A stretch of DNA of 64,000 nt from Macrostomum lignano (Eukaryota). Under the pieces are notes generated by a model. It had not been told where the DNA came from. It made no database searches and was given only the letters and a program-made list of their open reading frames with translations. Shown here piece after piece: positions 1-13,838 of this stretch (within the stretch, counting starts at the first letter, position 1; every line of letters begins with the position of its first letter). The stretch lies in the NCBI GenBank assembly GCA_002269645.1, contig NIVC01000581.1:248001-312000 (forward strand), read 5' to 3'. The position numbers and the translations under genes are program-made.

Positions 1-275
1 AGTACTCTGCACTGACTGCAGGTGCATGCAGTACTCTGCACTGACTGCAGGTGCATGCATTGTTCTGCACTGACTGCAGGTGCATGCATTACTCTGCACT
101 GACTGCAGGTGCATGCAGTACTCTGCACTGACTGCAGGTGCATGCAGTACTCTGCACTGACTGCAGGTGCATGCATTGTTCTGCACTGACTGCAGGTGCA
201 TGCATTACTCTGCACTGACTGCAGGTGCATGCAGTACTCTGCACTGACTGCAGGTGCATGCATTACTCTGCACTG
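1..275. repeat. Minisatellite, 29-bp unit (GTACTCTGCACTGACTGCAGGTGCATGCA), running off the window start
   Basis: About 9 head-to-tail copies read directly. Confidence 0.95.
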
Positions 276-550
276 TTTTCCTGTAAACACGCGATTTTCC
301 GCTTAAAGACCGAAGGCCATCAATCAATATAAAGTGATGTTTCCTATATCCCTTAAAATAGCGTGCTTTTCTGCTACTCAATTCTTTTGCGACTCAAATT
401 TTCTTGTTAATGCGCATGGACTTTTCTAGGATGGTTGGCAGATATTTGCTCGGTTAGGAGCCCCTTTGCGACACGGCCGGCTGAGCGCCTCGCATTTCAA
501 TTGATGCTCGCCTCTCTCTGGGAGCCCCGCAGGCCTGCAGAAGCCGCTCC

Positions 551-640
551 GGCCGTCCGGCTGCATCTCGCGAGTTTCGGCCGTCCGGCTGCATCTCGCG
601 AGTTTCGGCCGTCCGGCTGCATCTCGCGAGTTTCAGCCGT
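551..640. repeat. 28-bp tandem repeat x3 (GCCGTCCGGCTGCATCTCGCGAGTTTCG)
   Basis: Direct reading. Confidence 0.85.
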
Positions 641-2164
641 CCTGCGCTCCAGCGATCAGGGGAGAGGCTGAGGGGATCAGCTGGAGGGCGAGACGGCCAG
701 CGGCTCCGCAACCCCAAATCAATTTCCCTTCCATTTCTTTTCCCCCAAATCATGTTCGTTTATCAGGCAGGCCGGGGCGGAGCAGCGGGGACTCCGGGCT
801 CTGGCACTGTTTGATGGATGACCATGACTGAATTTGCTCGGCTTCCCCATGTCCGCAAGTCTTGCCGATCAGCTCGTTGCCAACTGCTCAGCTATCCGCG
901 TTCCCCTAAATTACCCGGCGATTGCTACTCCAACTTTGGAATCGGGAGCTGTCCCATATTGAGTTTTCCCTGCAGAGTGTTCACAGATCAGGGCATTGCG
1001 GCTCAGTCAGGGGCTTTGGCTGCTTTGAAAGCTAGTCTTAGCAAAAGCCCTGCATACTGCTACCAAATCAAAAAATCTAATTAGCAAGCTCATAAAATTC
1101 GATAGCAGTTTGATAGGTTCATAACCAGTTCTGTGTGTATCAGTTGCTTACAGAGCTCGTGCTGATGCTGAAACTGAAGCTGGACTTCGCGTAGTGAGTA
1201 TTTAGCCAGTCTGCATTGCTCAAGAGAGTGAGATATATCTACTGAGAAGTATAGCACATCAATCAAGCAAATTCTAGGCTTGTGACCCGCTTCTAGGACT
1301 CAGTGTGCAATTCAGCAGCGGGCAACTCCGGAGCCCGTCAGACCCCGCGCAGCCCCCAGTGCAGTGCAGACTTGCAAGTCCTTGGCTGCAGCCAGTCTTG
1401 ATGGCCGCCGTCTGTCTGCTGCACTTTGCAATCAGGAGCCAGGATGGGTGCAGTGGGCGTAACAGCAGGAGGAGCATGGAAACTTTTTTGCTGACTGCCC
1501 AGGGACATTTGTACGGTCGCATGTGCTGCACTAAGATTAGTGACGCTTATTTGAAAAAAAATTAACAGTTCTAATTTTTGCTTCTGGCTTTAACGAAAAG
1601 TTTCGGAAGTGCAGAGTTCGAGATGCAAAAGTACAAGGCAGCCTGAGTTTCTGACTTTTTGGGGACTCTCTCACTGGAGCGAGCTCTACTGCTCAAAGCT
1701 CTAACATTCTAGCTGTCACAGCGGTCCCCAAAGAAGAGCAGCGCACGGTCGCGCTCCAAGGCGAAGGAATAATGGGGCCGCGCCATCGACAGAATCCAGG
1801 GGCGACGGCGTCAGCCAGCAGACAGCCGATGAAACGCGGACTGCGCACCTGTCGTTTTCAACCGGTAGGGTGCCTGCCTGCGGAGCACAGATCGGCGCAG
1901 ATGAAGTGCCTGCCGGCTGGAGTCTCCGACGCCACAGGTCGCTTGGACGGACCGGATCTTCAGAGACTTACAAGTGAAAGCAAGGAAAAATACTGACTCG
2001 AGACTCAGCCTAATTATTGTGATTTATACGAAAAATGTTGCGCCCTGAAAGAATCTATCTGTCTTTTGCTGCATTTGGCGAGGCAGCTGGGGCTTTTACT
2101 CGTATTGGTGTGAGATGCACGACAAGATCCAGGCCATTTTTCTTGCACCAACTCTAAATTAAAG

Positions 2165-2245
2165 TTACCGCTCGCGAAATCGAACTCGCAAACTTATAAC
2201 AGGGACTTTGGCTCAAGAGGACACAGCTCACCTCAGCTTAATACT
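2165..2245 (-). other. Possible tRNA-derived SINE head or degenerate tRNA-like sequence
   Basis: Minus strand has A-box-like TAAGCTGAGGTG and B-box-like GAGTTCGATTTC at tRNA-like spacing. No clean cloverleaf. Confidence 0.25.
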
Positions 2246-2571
2246 CGTATATAATATAAGCATTTGTCTAAGAGCAAAACTTCTGTAAATGCCACTGCTA
2301 AAGTACATGTTTGTCTGGGGCAATCGTTTCATACTACTTAATTGGGTTTGTCTATGGCCAGCAGTGGCCGCCCCACTTTACAGACGGTGCTGCAGTCACT
2401 GCGTTGTCACCACTGGTCCAGTCTGTCTCACAAAAAAACATTTGGACCGGATTAAATCAATTTTGTCAATTATTCAGCCCCGAAGCCGAAGCCATGCTGC
2501 TGGTCTTGCGAATCTTCTGGACAGCCAGTCTGGCAGTGACCTCCTGCCGCGCTGCGGCTAGTGCGAAACAC

Positions 2572-2750
2572 TGGGGTGAGTTCTGCAGCTGAGCACTGGG
2601 TGTCAGAGAATGCTGGGCTGAGTTCTGCAGCTGAGCACTGGGTGTCAGAGAATGCTGGGCTGAGTTCTGCAGCTGAGCACTGGGTGTCAGAGAATGCTGG
2701 GCTGAGTTCTGCAGCTGAGCACTGGGTGTCAGAGAATGCTGGGCTGAATT
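2572..2750. repeat. 42-bp minisatellite x4
   Basis: Direct reading; explains the 14-aa repeat ORFs. Confidence 0.9.
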
Positions 2751-3378
2751 GACTTGTATTGATTGATAAAAAAATAAATATTTTAGTAAATGTAGGTTTG
2801 TGAAGGCATACGGTCGTAATTTTTGTAAAGATTTAAATTCGAAAACAACAAGCAAAATACGCTGTCGGTGCCAGCAAAGATCAAGAGATATCATAATGTT
2901 AACAGCGTCCCAGACCTCAGCGCCTGAGCGCAAACAAGGCCGCTCCGCGGACAGAATTCGGGGCGCCGGCGTCTGCCAGCAGGCAGTCGAAGAAGCGTCG
3001 AGCCTGCAGCGTCGGCAGCAGCACCTCCTGCACCGTCTGTGGGCAGTACGACTCGGTACGGATGAAGTGGCCTGCCAGCTGGAGTCGCCGACGGTGCAAC
3101 GGGTTGCATGAACGAACCAGACAGGGGGGGGGCAGAAAGGCGCGTTGGTGGTGCAGTTGCGCCGCGCGGCCCCCGGTGCCATCCGGAAGATCCACAGTTA
3201 GGCAGTACAAAGCTGCACTTGTTAATAAATTAGTGCATCAGCAACTTTTTGCCTAAAAAACCCTACCGTTTACAGTAGCATAAATAGCACGCGCTTATTT
3301 GCAAAGAAATTTCTACAACCTGCTCTGCTCCCCAACCCTCCATTCGCAGTGAATCCGGGCGACTTTTTCAATTTTCAG

Positions 3379-6300
3379 GGTTCGTCGTCGTCAACTCATC
3401 AGTTGGAGCTCGAGAAGCCGCTGGAATGGGATAAGCTGAATCCGAAGGACCTCAACGTGAGCACCTGATGGGAGCATTGGGGTGAAAAATCAGGATCAAA
3501 AGCTTATATCGGTGAAAAATTCCCCGACTTCAGTTTACAACAGCATGAAGCTAGAATAATTCATTCGCCAAAACCCAGTTGCAAGCATAGGTTTTTGCCT
3601 GTGAAACCGAAACAGCAACTGCAATAGCAGCTACAAAAACTGCCTCTGTTGCATTGCTAAAACCCACCGAACTGCCATCTGTTGCATTGCTAAAACCCAC
3701 CGAACTGCCATCTGTTGCATTGCTAAAACCCACCGAACTGCCATCTGTTGCATTGCTAAAACCCACCGAACTGCCATCTGTTGCATTGCTAAAACCCACC
3801 GAACTGCCATCTGTTGCATTGCTAAAACCCACCGACTGCCCTCAATCGCCAATGCAGGTAAAGTTCGACGTCAGCGTTTTCTATGGCGCGTGCACCATGA
3901 CGCTGCTTGGCTACACCGAGAGCGGCAAGACCACCATTTCCAAGACCGAGGTGAGCCGAAAGCGCCGAATTCGATTCGGGTTTGGGAGCTGGGGAGGCTG
4001 GGGTGGCCGTGCAGTTCAGTCTCTCTCTCTTGCTGTGCACCGCTTCAGAGCCCGTTCGTAGTGCTGGCTGCTCACTCGTTCCAAGTGAACTCAAAGGTGG
4101 GCAAGAGGAACATTCTCGGTTTCAATTTCAAGTGCCGCAGCGTACCTGCGGGGAACACCTGTGAGCTCTACCACATGGGCTACCTGGAGTTGAAGTGCGA
4201 CAACTCGAAAAAGAGGTGAGTCATTTTTATGGCCAGCTGATTTGAAATCCGCCACATCGGGCATTTGTTTCTCAAAGTGCAGTTAAATCAGCTAAACTAC
4301 GAAATTAAACTTGAAAAGTAGAAAGTAATTTTACTTTTAGTAGCGCTTGGCTCTTGCAGCGACCCCCAAGGCCCAGGACAATACCAGCAATTGTTAACGA
4401 ATTCATGGTGTCCTAATTTGTCTTCAATAGCAACACGGGTCCACAGCTCAGTTGGATTTATCCATTTTCTTTGCAGACTCAAATAAGAGGCACAGTTTGC
4501 AGCAAAACCATAGCTCGTATTCTGGCTGACTCAACGGAACTCTGAGTTTTATGGAAGCGACGCCTCTTTTAAAAACTCATTGTCGACTTCAACAGCTGTC
4601 TTGGTGACTCAGTGACTTTGCCTCATGTCCTCAGTGACTTCACCCCATGTCCTCAGTGACTTTGCCTTATTGACTTTGCCTCATGTCCTCAGTGACTTTG
4701 CCTCATGTCCTCAGTGACTTCACCCCATGTCCTCAGTGACTTTGCCTTATTGACTTTGCCTCATGTCCTCAGTGACTTTGCCTCATGTCCTCAGTGACTT
4801 TGCCTCATGTCCTCAGTGACTTCACCCCATGTCCTCAGTGACTTTGCCTTATTGTCCTCAGTGACTTTGCTTCATGTCCTCAGTGACTTCAACCCATGTC
4901 CTCAGTGACTTCACCCTATGTCCTCAGTGACTTCACCCTATGTCCTCTGTGACTTCAACCCCATGTCCTCAGTGACTTTGCCTCATGTCCTCAGTGACTT
5001 CACCCCATGTCCTCTGTGACTTCAACCCCATGTCCTCAGTGACTTTGCCTCATGTCCTCAGTGACTTCACCCCATGTCCTCTGTGACTTTGCCTCATGTC
5101 CTCAGTGACTTCACCCCATGTCCTCAGTGACTTTGCCTCATGTCCTCAGTGACTTTGCCTCATGTCCTCAGTGACTTCACCCCATGTCCTCAGTGACTTT
5201 GCCTCATGTCCTCAGTGACTTTGCCTCATGTCCTCAGTGACTTTGCCTCATGTCCCCAGTGACTTCACCCCATGTCCTCAGTGACTTCAACCCATGTCCT
5301 CAGTGACTTTGCCTCATGTCCTCAGTGACTTCACCCCATGTCCTCAGTGACTTTGCCTCGTGCTCTCAGTGACTTTGCCTCATGTCCTCAGTGACTTTGC
5401 CTCATGTCCCCAGTGACTTCACCCCATGTCCTCAGTGACTTCAACCCATGTCCTCAGTGACTTTGCCTCATGTCCTCAGTGACTTCACCCCATGTCCTCA
5501 GTGACTTTGCCTCATGTCCTCAGTGACTTCACCCCATGTCCTCAGTGACTTTGCCTCATGTCCTCAGTGACTTCACCCCATGTCCTCAGTGACTTTGCCT
5601 TATTGACTTTGCCTCATGTCCTCAGTGACTTTGCCTCATGTCCTCAGTGACTTTGCCTCATGTCCTCAGTGACTTCACCCCATGTCCTCAGTGACTTTGC
5701 CTTATTGTCCTCAGTGACTTTGCTTCATGTCCTCAGTGACTTCAACCCATGTCCTCAGTGACTTCACCCTATGTCCTCAGTGACTTCACCCTATGTCCTC
5801 TGTGACTTCAACCCCATGTCCTCAGTGACTTTGCCTAATGTCCTCAGTGACTTCACCCCATGTCCTCTGTGACTTTGCCTCATGTCCTCAGTGACTTCAC
5901 CCCATGTCCTCAGTGACTTTGCCTTATTGACTTTGCCTCATGTCCTCAGTGACTTTGCCTCATGTCCTCAGTGACTTTGCCTCATGTCCTCAGTGACTTC
6001 ACCCCATGTCCTCAGTGACTTTGCCTTATTGTCCTCAGTGACTTTGCTTCATGTCCTCAGTGACTTCAACCCATGTCCTCAGTGACTTCACCCTATGTCC
6101 TCAGTGACTTCACCCTATGTCCTCTGTGACTTCAACCCCATGTCCTCAGTGACTTTGCCTAATGTCCTCAGTGACTTCACCCCATGTCCTCTGTGACTTT
6201 GCCTCATGTCCTCAGTGACTTCACCCCATGTCCTCAGTGACTTTGCCTCGTGTCCTCAGTGACTTTGTCTCATGTCCTCAGAGACTTCACCTCATGTCCT

Positions 6301-9300
6301 CATTGACTTCACTCCATGTTCTCAGTGAATTCGCCCCCGATCGCCTCCAATGTCCTCAATGACTTTACCTCCAATATCCTTAGTCACTTTGCAGGTATTT
6401 CATAAGACTGGTTCTTCCAGCTAAGGAAATTTTCGATTCGAAGCGATTCGGAACTGTTGAGCATTAAATAACGATCAAACAAAATCGCATCATTTCCTAG
6501 CAAGCGCTCCAATTGCTGAGAACCCCCCGCCGCCCTTGGCAGGAGCTACTCACCCATCATCCCACTGGGCTGGTTCGTGAATCAATACTACAAAGACAAT
6601 AAAATCGATACCTGGGCGCAGGCCCACTGCCAGAACTGGTTCCACAATGAGGACAAGAAGGTCCGGCAGGCCGTTCTCTCACTGGCCTGTCACCCGCTGA
6701 AAGAATACGCTGAAGCCAGCGCTGTGGACTTCAGCTATCAGAAGAATGAGAATATCATAAAATTCAATACGGTCGCCGGCGCCCAAACCGTCCAACCCAG
6801 TCAGAAATGCTACCTGAGCACACCAGTGGCCAGCCACATTGACGGGTGAGCACAAATGGTTTTGCTGTGGCGCTAAAATAAAAATGATGTAGAAATACAG
6901 CTGACCCACTGCCAAGGACCATTGTGAGCAGCGTCTGTCATGAATCGAGTCTGATGCTCAAACAATGCTCGGACGCACGCTGTTTATAGTGAGATCCAGC
7001 TGCTATGATGAAATGCTCTCTGGGGTGCTTGGTCACACCGGCTCACCATTAACCCCCTGCTCTCTGGGGTGCTTGGTCACACCGGCTCACCATTAACCCC
7101 CTGCTCTCTGGGGTGCTTGGTCACACCGGCTCACCATTAACCCCCTGCTCTCTGGGGTGCTTGGTCACACCGGCTCACCATTAACCCCCTGCTCTCTGGG
7201 GTGCTTGGTCACACCGGCTCACCAATAACCCCCTGCTCTCTGGGGTGCTTGGTCACACCGGCTCACCAATAACCCCCTGCTCTCTGGCGTGCTTGGTCAC
7301 ACCGGCTCACCATTAAACCCCTGCTCTCTGAGGTTGTGGATCTCGCCGTTGGCTCTCTGTCTCACCGTCGCCGTCCTAAAAGTTCCAAAATTTTATTCGA
7401 ATAAGTCTGTAAACCGTTTTTATCAATTCGACATCAACCTCGTTCAGTCACATAAAGTTCATTGCTTCAGTTCACCCAGCTGTAGATGGGTGCCAGCATT
7501 AGCTAGGGCGTGTTTTCCATATTCTTATACAAGCGAAGGAATCAAGCTTAAAATATTTTTGTCCTATAACTTTTTATCAGACTACTTATGCATAGTAATG
7601 TTGATTAAATTTTCTCCGCATATTAAAAATCGTTGCAAGCAGTCCGGTAGTTCGCAGAGGTTTGACTCGGGGCCTGCAAGGCAGCCTGACAGGGTGCGGC
7701 GAGGCCTTTTTCTGGAAGACACCATAAAGTCCTCTGATGTGTTGAGCGTGGATAGCAGCCTCACGAAAATGATGCAGACTCCAAAACCGGAAGTTCCGCT
7801 TTTGAAGGAGCCATCCGTGAAGCATTTCCGTGGTCCAGTTGTCACTTGAGGGGATAATGAAATTTTAGCGCCGAGAAAGATTGAGATAGTACTGCCCGTG
7901 TCCGAATGTTTTTGCCATAGCCGCACATGTATTCGATTGTTGGAAATTCCTTTGCTCTCAAGTCTACTTGCTCAAATTCACAGGTAGAGCAGCACGAAAC
8001 AAAAGCCAATTCGAATCAGATTTTTTGTCGCAGAGGAGCTCAGTGAGCATTCTGTGAATGAAACAGCCTCATGTGAACTGAATCTGTGTTTCTGATGCCT
8101 TTCGTGAACTGAATCTGCGTTTCTCCTGCCTTTCGTGAACTGAATCTGCGTTTCTCATGCCTCTGGTGAACTGAATCTGCGTTTCTCGTGCCTCTCGTGT
8201 GCTGAATCTACGTTTCTCATGCCTCATGTGGGCTGAATCTGCGTTTCCCATGCCTCTCGTGAGCTGAATCTGCTTTTCTCATGCCTCTCGTGAGCTGAAT
8301 CTGCTTTTCTCATGCCTCTCGTGAGCTGAATCTGCTTTTCTCATGCCTCTCGTGAGCTGAATCTGCTTTTCTCATGCCTCTCGTGAGCTGAATCTGCTTT
8401 TCTCATGCCTCTCGTGAGCTGAATCTGCTTTTCTCATGCAGCCAGCGCGGCATTCCCGCAGAGATTTGCACGCCGCCCCAACCGCGGAATGCTGCTACGG
8501 CATAAAGGCCAAAAATGTGTTCCTGTTTAAGGAATTTGAAGACTCTGACGTATTCATGTTGCACGGCAGCACCGCCTACCGCTCGCATCCATCCGGTGTG
8601 GACACTCGCTGGACCGACTATTACCTGGTTGGCCAGGTGCCGCACCTGTCGCACTGGTACTGGGACCTGCTGCCCTACCGCTACTGCTGCCTGTGGTGGA
8701 AGGGCGGCGGCTGCAGCGCTTTCTACCACAAGGCGCGGCCCTCGCCCAAGCTGCAGCCGCCAAGAAACGCGCTGAACTCCGCCTTCCTCCTTGGCAACTT
8801 CATCGCCAGGCCGTTCCCATCCGGCAAGGCGGCTCCTAATGCATTCATGTGCAGCAAGCACGGCACCTTCTGGCTGATCAAGACTTCCAGCTTTAAAGTC
8901 CAGGCTCGGACGGGATTCCCGACGTCTTCCAACAAAAAAGTTGGCAAAAAGTCTTCAAGCGCGGCCAGAATCTCCAGTGCTTTCATCGCGGGACTCGCCT
9001 TTGAGACTAAAGGGCTGCCGAATCTTCGCTTTCAGGTTGTGGTGTCCGAGCTCGAGTTCGATTACCACGTGCTCGTCAGCGACACCAGCCGAAAAAATAC
9101 AGAAAAAATCGCGAAGGACAACCGCAGAAGGAACTTTGGCTACGTCTCCATCAGCGATAGGTATACCGAATTCCAAGACAAGCTGGTTGTCGAGAGCTTC
9201 CACCTGACGTACAAAAAGGATGAGCTGGGCATCACCGTGATGCTGCCGCGTATCGGCAGGGAGTTCATCAGGGCCATGTTCAGCGCCAGCGCGGGCGCCA

Positions 9301-11952
9301 ATGTGTCTGGCGGGCTGCTCGGCGAAGTGGCAGGCAGCAGCTCCGTCCTGGCTTACCTGGGTGCCAAGTGCGAGAAGTTCCGCGTACCGGACACCGACAG
9401 CTTGTTTGTGCCGTTCGACGAGAAGAAAATCATCGACACCGCCGCCTCGACAATAACCGCCGCACCGACAGCTCCGGCGAAGGGCGCCGCAACCTCGAAG
9501 GAGCTGAGAATCAGCGGGAAGAAGCTGTCCGATGCGGGTAAGGCAGCCGAGGGCTTCTTGAGCCGCTCACTCTGGTGTCTGTCACGTGTCTGTCTGGTGT
9601 CTGTCACGTGTCTGTCATGTGTCTGTCACGTGTCTGACATGTGTCTGTCACGTGTCTGTCATGTGTCTGTCGTGTGTCTGTCATGTGTCTGTCATGTGTC
9701 TGTCATGTGTCTGTCATGTGTCCGTCGTGTGTCTGTCGTGTGTCTGTCATGTGTCTGTCATGTGTCTGTCGTGTGTCTGTCGTGTGTCTGTCATGTGTCT
9801 GTCATGTGTCTGTCATGTGTCTGTCGTGTCATTCTTGCAGACTCGCCTCGCTGTTGTCTTTTTCAGAATCCGTTGCCTGCTTGGCGATCAAGCAGCATCC
9901 TGATTACTGCACAGCAATCGACAAGGGACTGAAATTCATGCTAAAATCCGAAAAAAGCCACATAAAGAGCGACCCTAAGAAAAGTGCGCAAAGGTGCTTG
10001 TTATATAAAATCTTGATTTATCTGGTAGATTTAGACATAGTCTGCAGGTATTCAAATCTGCCAACTGTATTCAGCCTTTGGCACCTCACCAGCCGCAGCT
10101 GCACCGACTAACCTGTGGCGACTGTCCCCTCCCGCAGATTCATTTGCTTACTGCCGGAGCCCCCCGAATATTTCCGCTGTGCTTTTGGGCACCACTCCAG
10201 GAGCGGGAGTCGGGAGTGGCGAAGAGCTGAAAGCGGACTGCCCCAAAGGTTACCAGCACGGATCACTTGGCAACACCAAGTGCGAAAGAAAAGGCAAAGA
10301 GCTGCGCTTTGAACTGCCTACCGGCTTTAGTTGCCATTGTGAGTGGCTGGACATCTGCCTGTCGGCTATTTTGCCACTGCGTCCGCCCGAGTGTCTGTCA
10401 TGCATGCTTGTGGCCACTGTCTGTCCGAGTGTCTGTCATGCATGCTTGTGGCCACTGTCTGTCCGAGTGTCTGTCATGCGTGCTTGTGGCCACTGTGTCT
10501 GTCCGAGTGTCTGTCATGCATGCTTGTGGCCACTGTCTGTCCGAGTGTCTGTCATGCATGCTTGTGGCCACTGTCTGTCCGAGTGTCTGTCATGCGTGCT
10601 TGTGGCCACTGTGTCTGTCCGAGTGTCTATCATGCATGCTTGTGGCCACTGTCTGTCCGAGTGTCTGTCATGCATGCTTGTGGCCACTGTCTGTCCGAGT
10701 GTCTGTCATGCGTGCTTGTGGCCACTGTGTCTGTCCGAGTGTCTATCATGCATGCTTGTGGCCACTGTCTGTCCGAGTGTCTGTCATGCGTGCTTGTGGC
10801 CACTGTCTGTCCGAGTGTCTGTCATGCATGCTTGTGGCCACTGTGTCTGTCCGAGTGTCTATCATGAATGCTTGTGGCCACTGTGTCTGCCCGAGTGTCT
10901 ATCATGCATGCTTGTGGCCACTGTCTGCCCGAGTGTCTGTCATGCGTGCTTGTGGCCACTGTGTCTGTCCGAGTGTCTATCATGAATGCTTGTGGCCACT
11001 GTGTCTGCCCGAGTGTCTATCATGCATGCTTGTGGCCACTGTCTGCCCGAGTGTCTGTCATGCGTGCTTGTGGCCACTGTGTCTGTCCGAGTGTCTGTCA
11101 TGCATGCTTGTGGCCACTGTCTGTCCGAGTGTCTGTCATGCGTGCTTGTGGCCACTGTCTGTCCGAGTGTCTGTCATGCGTGCTTGTGGCCACTGTGTCT
11201 GTCCGAGTGTCTATCATGAATGCTTGTGGCCACTGTGTCTGCCCGAGTGTCTATCATGCATGCTTGTGGCCACTGTCTGTCCGAGTGTCTGTCATGCGTG
11301 CTTGTGGCCACTGTGTCTGTCCGAGTGTCTGTCATGCATGCTTGTGGCCACTGTCTGCCCGAGTGTCTGTCATGCGTGCTTGTGGCCACTGTGTCTGTCC
11401 GAGTGTCTGTCATGCATGCTTTGGCCACTGTGTCTGTCACGATGCCAGTAGTGAAATTTTGCCTGACGAATTACCTTTTTAAACGCGGGGATTTCTGTCT
11501 GGATTTTGTGCGGAGAGATTCTGACGCAGCCTATCTTATTGACTTTTGCGCGAATTGCAAATCTTTATGTCCTTGGCTGCTGAACTCAGTGCTGTACAAT
11601 TTAAAGCCCTCACAACATTCATCTGAAAGACCATGCAGGCCACTCCTAAACTGTCAAACCATCCGCAGTATCAATTCCTGACAAGAAGAACTTTGACAAG
11701 GCGACGGGCTGGTACAAGGGTCGCGGTGACTTCAAGTTCCATCAGCACGAGGAGAAGGCGGGCGGCGGGCCAATCAGCTGGCGCGTCGGCCAGAGCCTCG
11801 TCCCCCCCGATGGCAACAGCAACAAGGGGCGCGGCCGCAGCGACGACGATCACGCAGGGCGGCTGGGAGGCAGCGCGGCTCTGGTGGCGGCTGCGGCTGC
11901 AGCGGCGTGGTGGACCCGGCTGCTTCTGCTCCATCTTGATGATGCACCGTAG
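3379..11952 (+). CDS. Multi-exon Mesh/SUSD2-like protein (AMOP - VWD - Sushi - hydrophobic C-terminus). Approximate exons 3379-3456, 3858-3950, 4088-4215, 6543-6845, 8441-~9570, ~10190-10348, ~11684-11952; 5' exons uncertain.
   Basis: PIIPLGWFVNQY...WAQAHCQNWF resembles the Mesh pre-AMOP segment. CCYG...HGSTAYRSH...WDLLPYRYCCLW...ARPS fits AMOP. GTFWLIKTSSFKVQART fits the VWD start. CPKGY...KC...FSCH is Sushi-like. GT-AG junctions are visible. Confidence 0.65.
3644..3835. repeat. 33-bp intronic minisatellite x~6
   Basis: Direct reading. Confidence 0.9.
4605..6370. repeat. 1.8-kb satellite of ~21-22-bp variant units (CCTCATGTCCTCAGTGACTTTG / CCCCATGTCCTCAGTGACTTCA)
   Basis: Direct reading. 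Confidence 0.95.
7013..7330. repeat. 44-bp minisatellite x7
   Basis: Direct reading. Confidence 0.9.
8070..8436. repeat. 31-bp minisatellite abutting a splice acceptor
   Basis: Direct reading; the last unit ends CTTTTCTCATGCAG. Confidence 0.9.
9572..9830. repeat. (TGTCTGTCA/TGTGTCTGTCA) low-complexity repeat
   Basis: Direct reading. Confidence 0.9.
10385..11440. repeat. 38/40-bp minisatellite (TGTCTGTCCGAGTGTCTGTCATGCATGCTTGTGGCCAC)
   Basis: Direct reading. Confidence 0.95.
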
Positions 11953-13096
11953 CTGCGACTGCCAGCTGATGCAGTTCTGCTGGAGGGGAACTGCTGACAA
12001 CAGGGCAGGTCCAGTCCCGATCCATTTTTATTTCAGCCGGCTGCAAACCGCTGCCGGATCCTCTAAATTGTTCACCTGACACCCGGACTCAACCTGCTAC
12101 TCGCCATCATCGCTTGTTTTTACTCAAAGAACCTCGCGATCCCACTTAAAATCACTGCCTATTCACTGAAATTGATCACCCACCCAGATCCTCAAAATGA
12201 AAACTGTTACCAAATATTCCTAAATGAATTGCAGCCAGCATCAACAATGAGAAATATAAATACAATATTCCTAATTCAATAGCATGCTCTAGTTGCTATG
12301 GGGACATTAGAAACTAAAAATATGCCTATCATTCTTCTCTAATCCAATTCTCACACTCGGATGTACTCTGTTCAGTCAGCTTTATCACAGCTTGTCGAAG
12401 ACTCAGCCTTAGTATCAATGAAGTCCGGAAATTCTTGTGGTCCAGCTATCAGTGTCTTAGTTCTTAAAGTACAATTGTGCGCTGTAAATCGCAGACAAAA
12501 GTTAATAGTACAAAAAGCACTTTGACTTAGCTTGACTTAGCTGCAGGGTGGTCCGTTCCGTAGACACAGCGGGGAGGCGAGGGTCGCCCATTCCGCTAGC
12601 CCCTGAAGGCCCGCAGACAGGCAGAGGCGTGGGGCCGGTCAGGGTAGTCCGCCGGTCTGTCCTGCAGCGTGATCTTCCGTTGGGAAGAAACTGGCTCGTC
12701 TAGTCGCCCGAAGGAACTGGATAAGCCGTGAGATGCTGTCGGGCTGGCAGACCTCGTCGATGGACGGGTTCGGCCCGAGGAAGCGTAGCCGGTCTCTGTT
12801 AAAGAAAGGGCAGTGACAAACAAAGTGCTGAGCATCTTCATTGTCGTACTCGCAAAAGGGGCAAGGCTCGCTCTCGAGGTCACCTCGGAGGAAGCAGTGC
12901 CTGGCGAGGTAGCCATGGCCGGTAAGGGTCATGACAAGAGCTCGAATATCCTTCCGATTCTGGTTCAGAAGGATGTTTCTGAGCCTGCGAGACGGGCAGG
13001 GAACCGCGGCACGAGATTGCCGGCAGTTTTGGGTGCCCGCCCATCTGTCCCTGTGGAGGGAGTCAGCCCAGTCGTCGATCTGACGATTGATGACTG

Positions 13097-13702
13097 TCAA
13101 GGGCATAGGGACCAGGGGGCAGGGCCGAAAAAAGAGCCAGAGCCGCCCCTCTTGGCGAGGGTGTCTGCCAGCTCGTTCCCCGGAAACCCTGCGTGCCCTG
13201 GGATCCACTTCAGCCTGACAGTATTGCTACTGGCCAGGAGGTTGAGCTGCCGGGCGCAGTCGGCGACTGTCCGGGAGTTCGTTGTGGTGTGGCAAAGGGC
13301 CTGTAAGGCCGCTTGGCTGTCGGAGTTGATGAAAATAGTCTTTCCTCTCATACCCTTGGCGTTCAGCTCTGCAGCGCAAGAGCTGATGGCAAGGACTTCG
13401 TTCTGGAAGACTGTGGAGAGTCTACCAGTGTGCTGGGCATGCGTGGCAATTACGCGGCCGTTGATGATGATGCAGACCCCAAAGCCGGCGCGACCGTCTT
13501 TGATGGATCTGTCCGTGTAGCAATGGACCTCCTGGAAATTCCAGGGGTCATTGGCAGCATCCCTAGAGGGGATGGTGACCTTGTAGCGCTGAAAGAGGTT
13601 GAGAGTGCGGGGTTCGCCGTCAGATAGGACGTGGAGCCCGCCGCTGTCTCTCAAGTCCTTGAGGCAGAGGTCGGCGTGGGGCAGAAGCTTGCGCTTAGCC
13701 AT
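13097..13702 (-). CDS. LINE RNase H domain
   Basis: RNase HI motifs as listed for the element. Confidence 0.85.
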   Translation of the reverse strand: MAKRKLLPHADLCLKDLRDSGGLHVLSDGEPRTLNLFQRYKVTIPSRDAANDPWNFQEVHCYTDRSIKDGRAGFGVCIIINGRVIATHAQHTGRLSTVFQNEVLAISSCAAELNAKGMRGKTIFINSDSQAALQALCHTTTNSRTVADCARQLNLLASSNTVRLKWIPGHAGFPGNELADTLAKRGGSGSFFGPAPWSLCP

Positions 13703-13838
13703 GGCCCTATGGCCCTATGAGGATGGTCAGCTGAGTCAGACCAATATGAATTGTGGACTTAGGCGGCAAGCGCTTAGCCCAGTCATCAGAGAGCCCTAGG
13801 ATCACCGTAGCCCCCTTCTCCTTCCGTTGACCTCAAGG

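Noticed and set aside
1735-3120. Two similar GC-rich segments (~1780-1935 and ~2945-3095) as coding exons
   Set aside because: Similarity is visible, but frames contain stops and no domain was recognised
1-11440. CRISPR-like arrays in the tandem repeats
   Set aside because: Units are head-to-tail with no unique spacers, there are no cas genes, and the context is eukaryotic
9586-11681. Long Cys/Val-rich ORFs
   Set aside because: Translations of minisatellites, open in several frames
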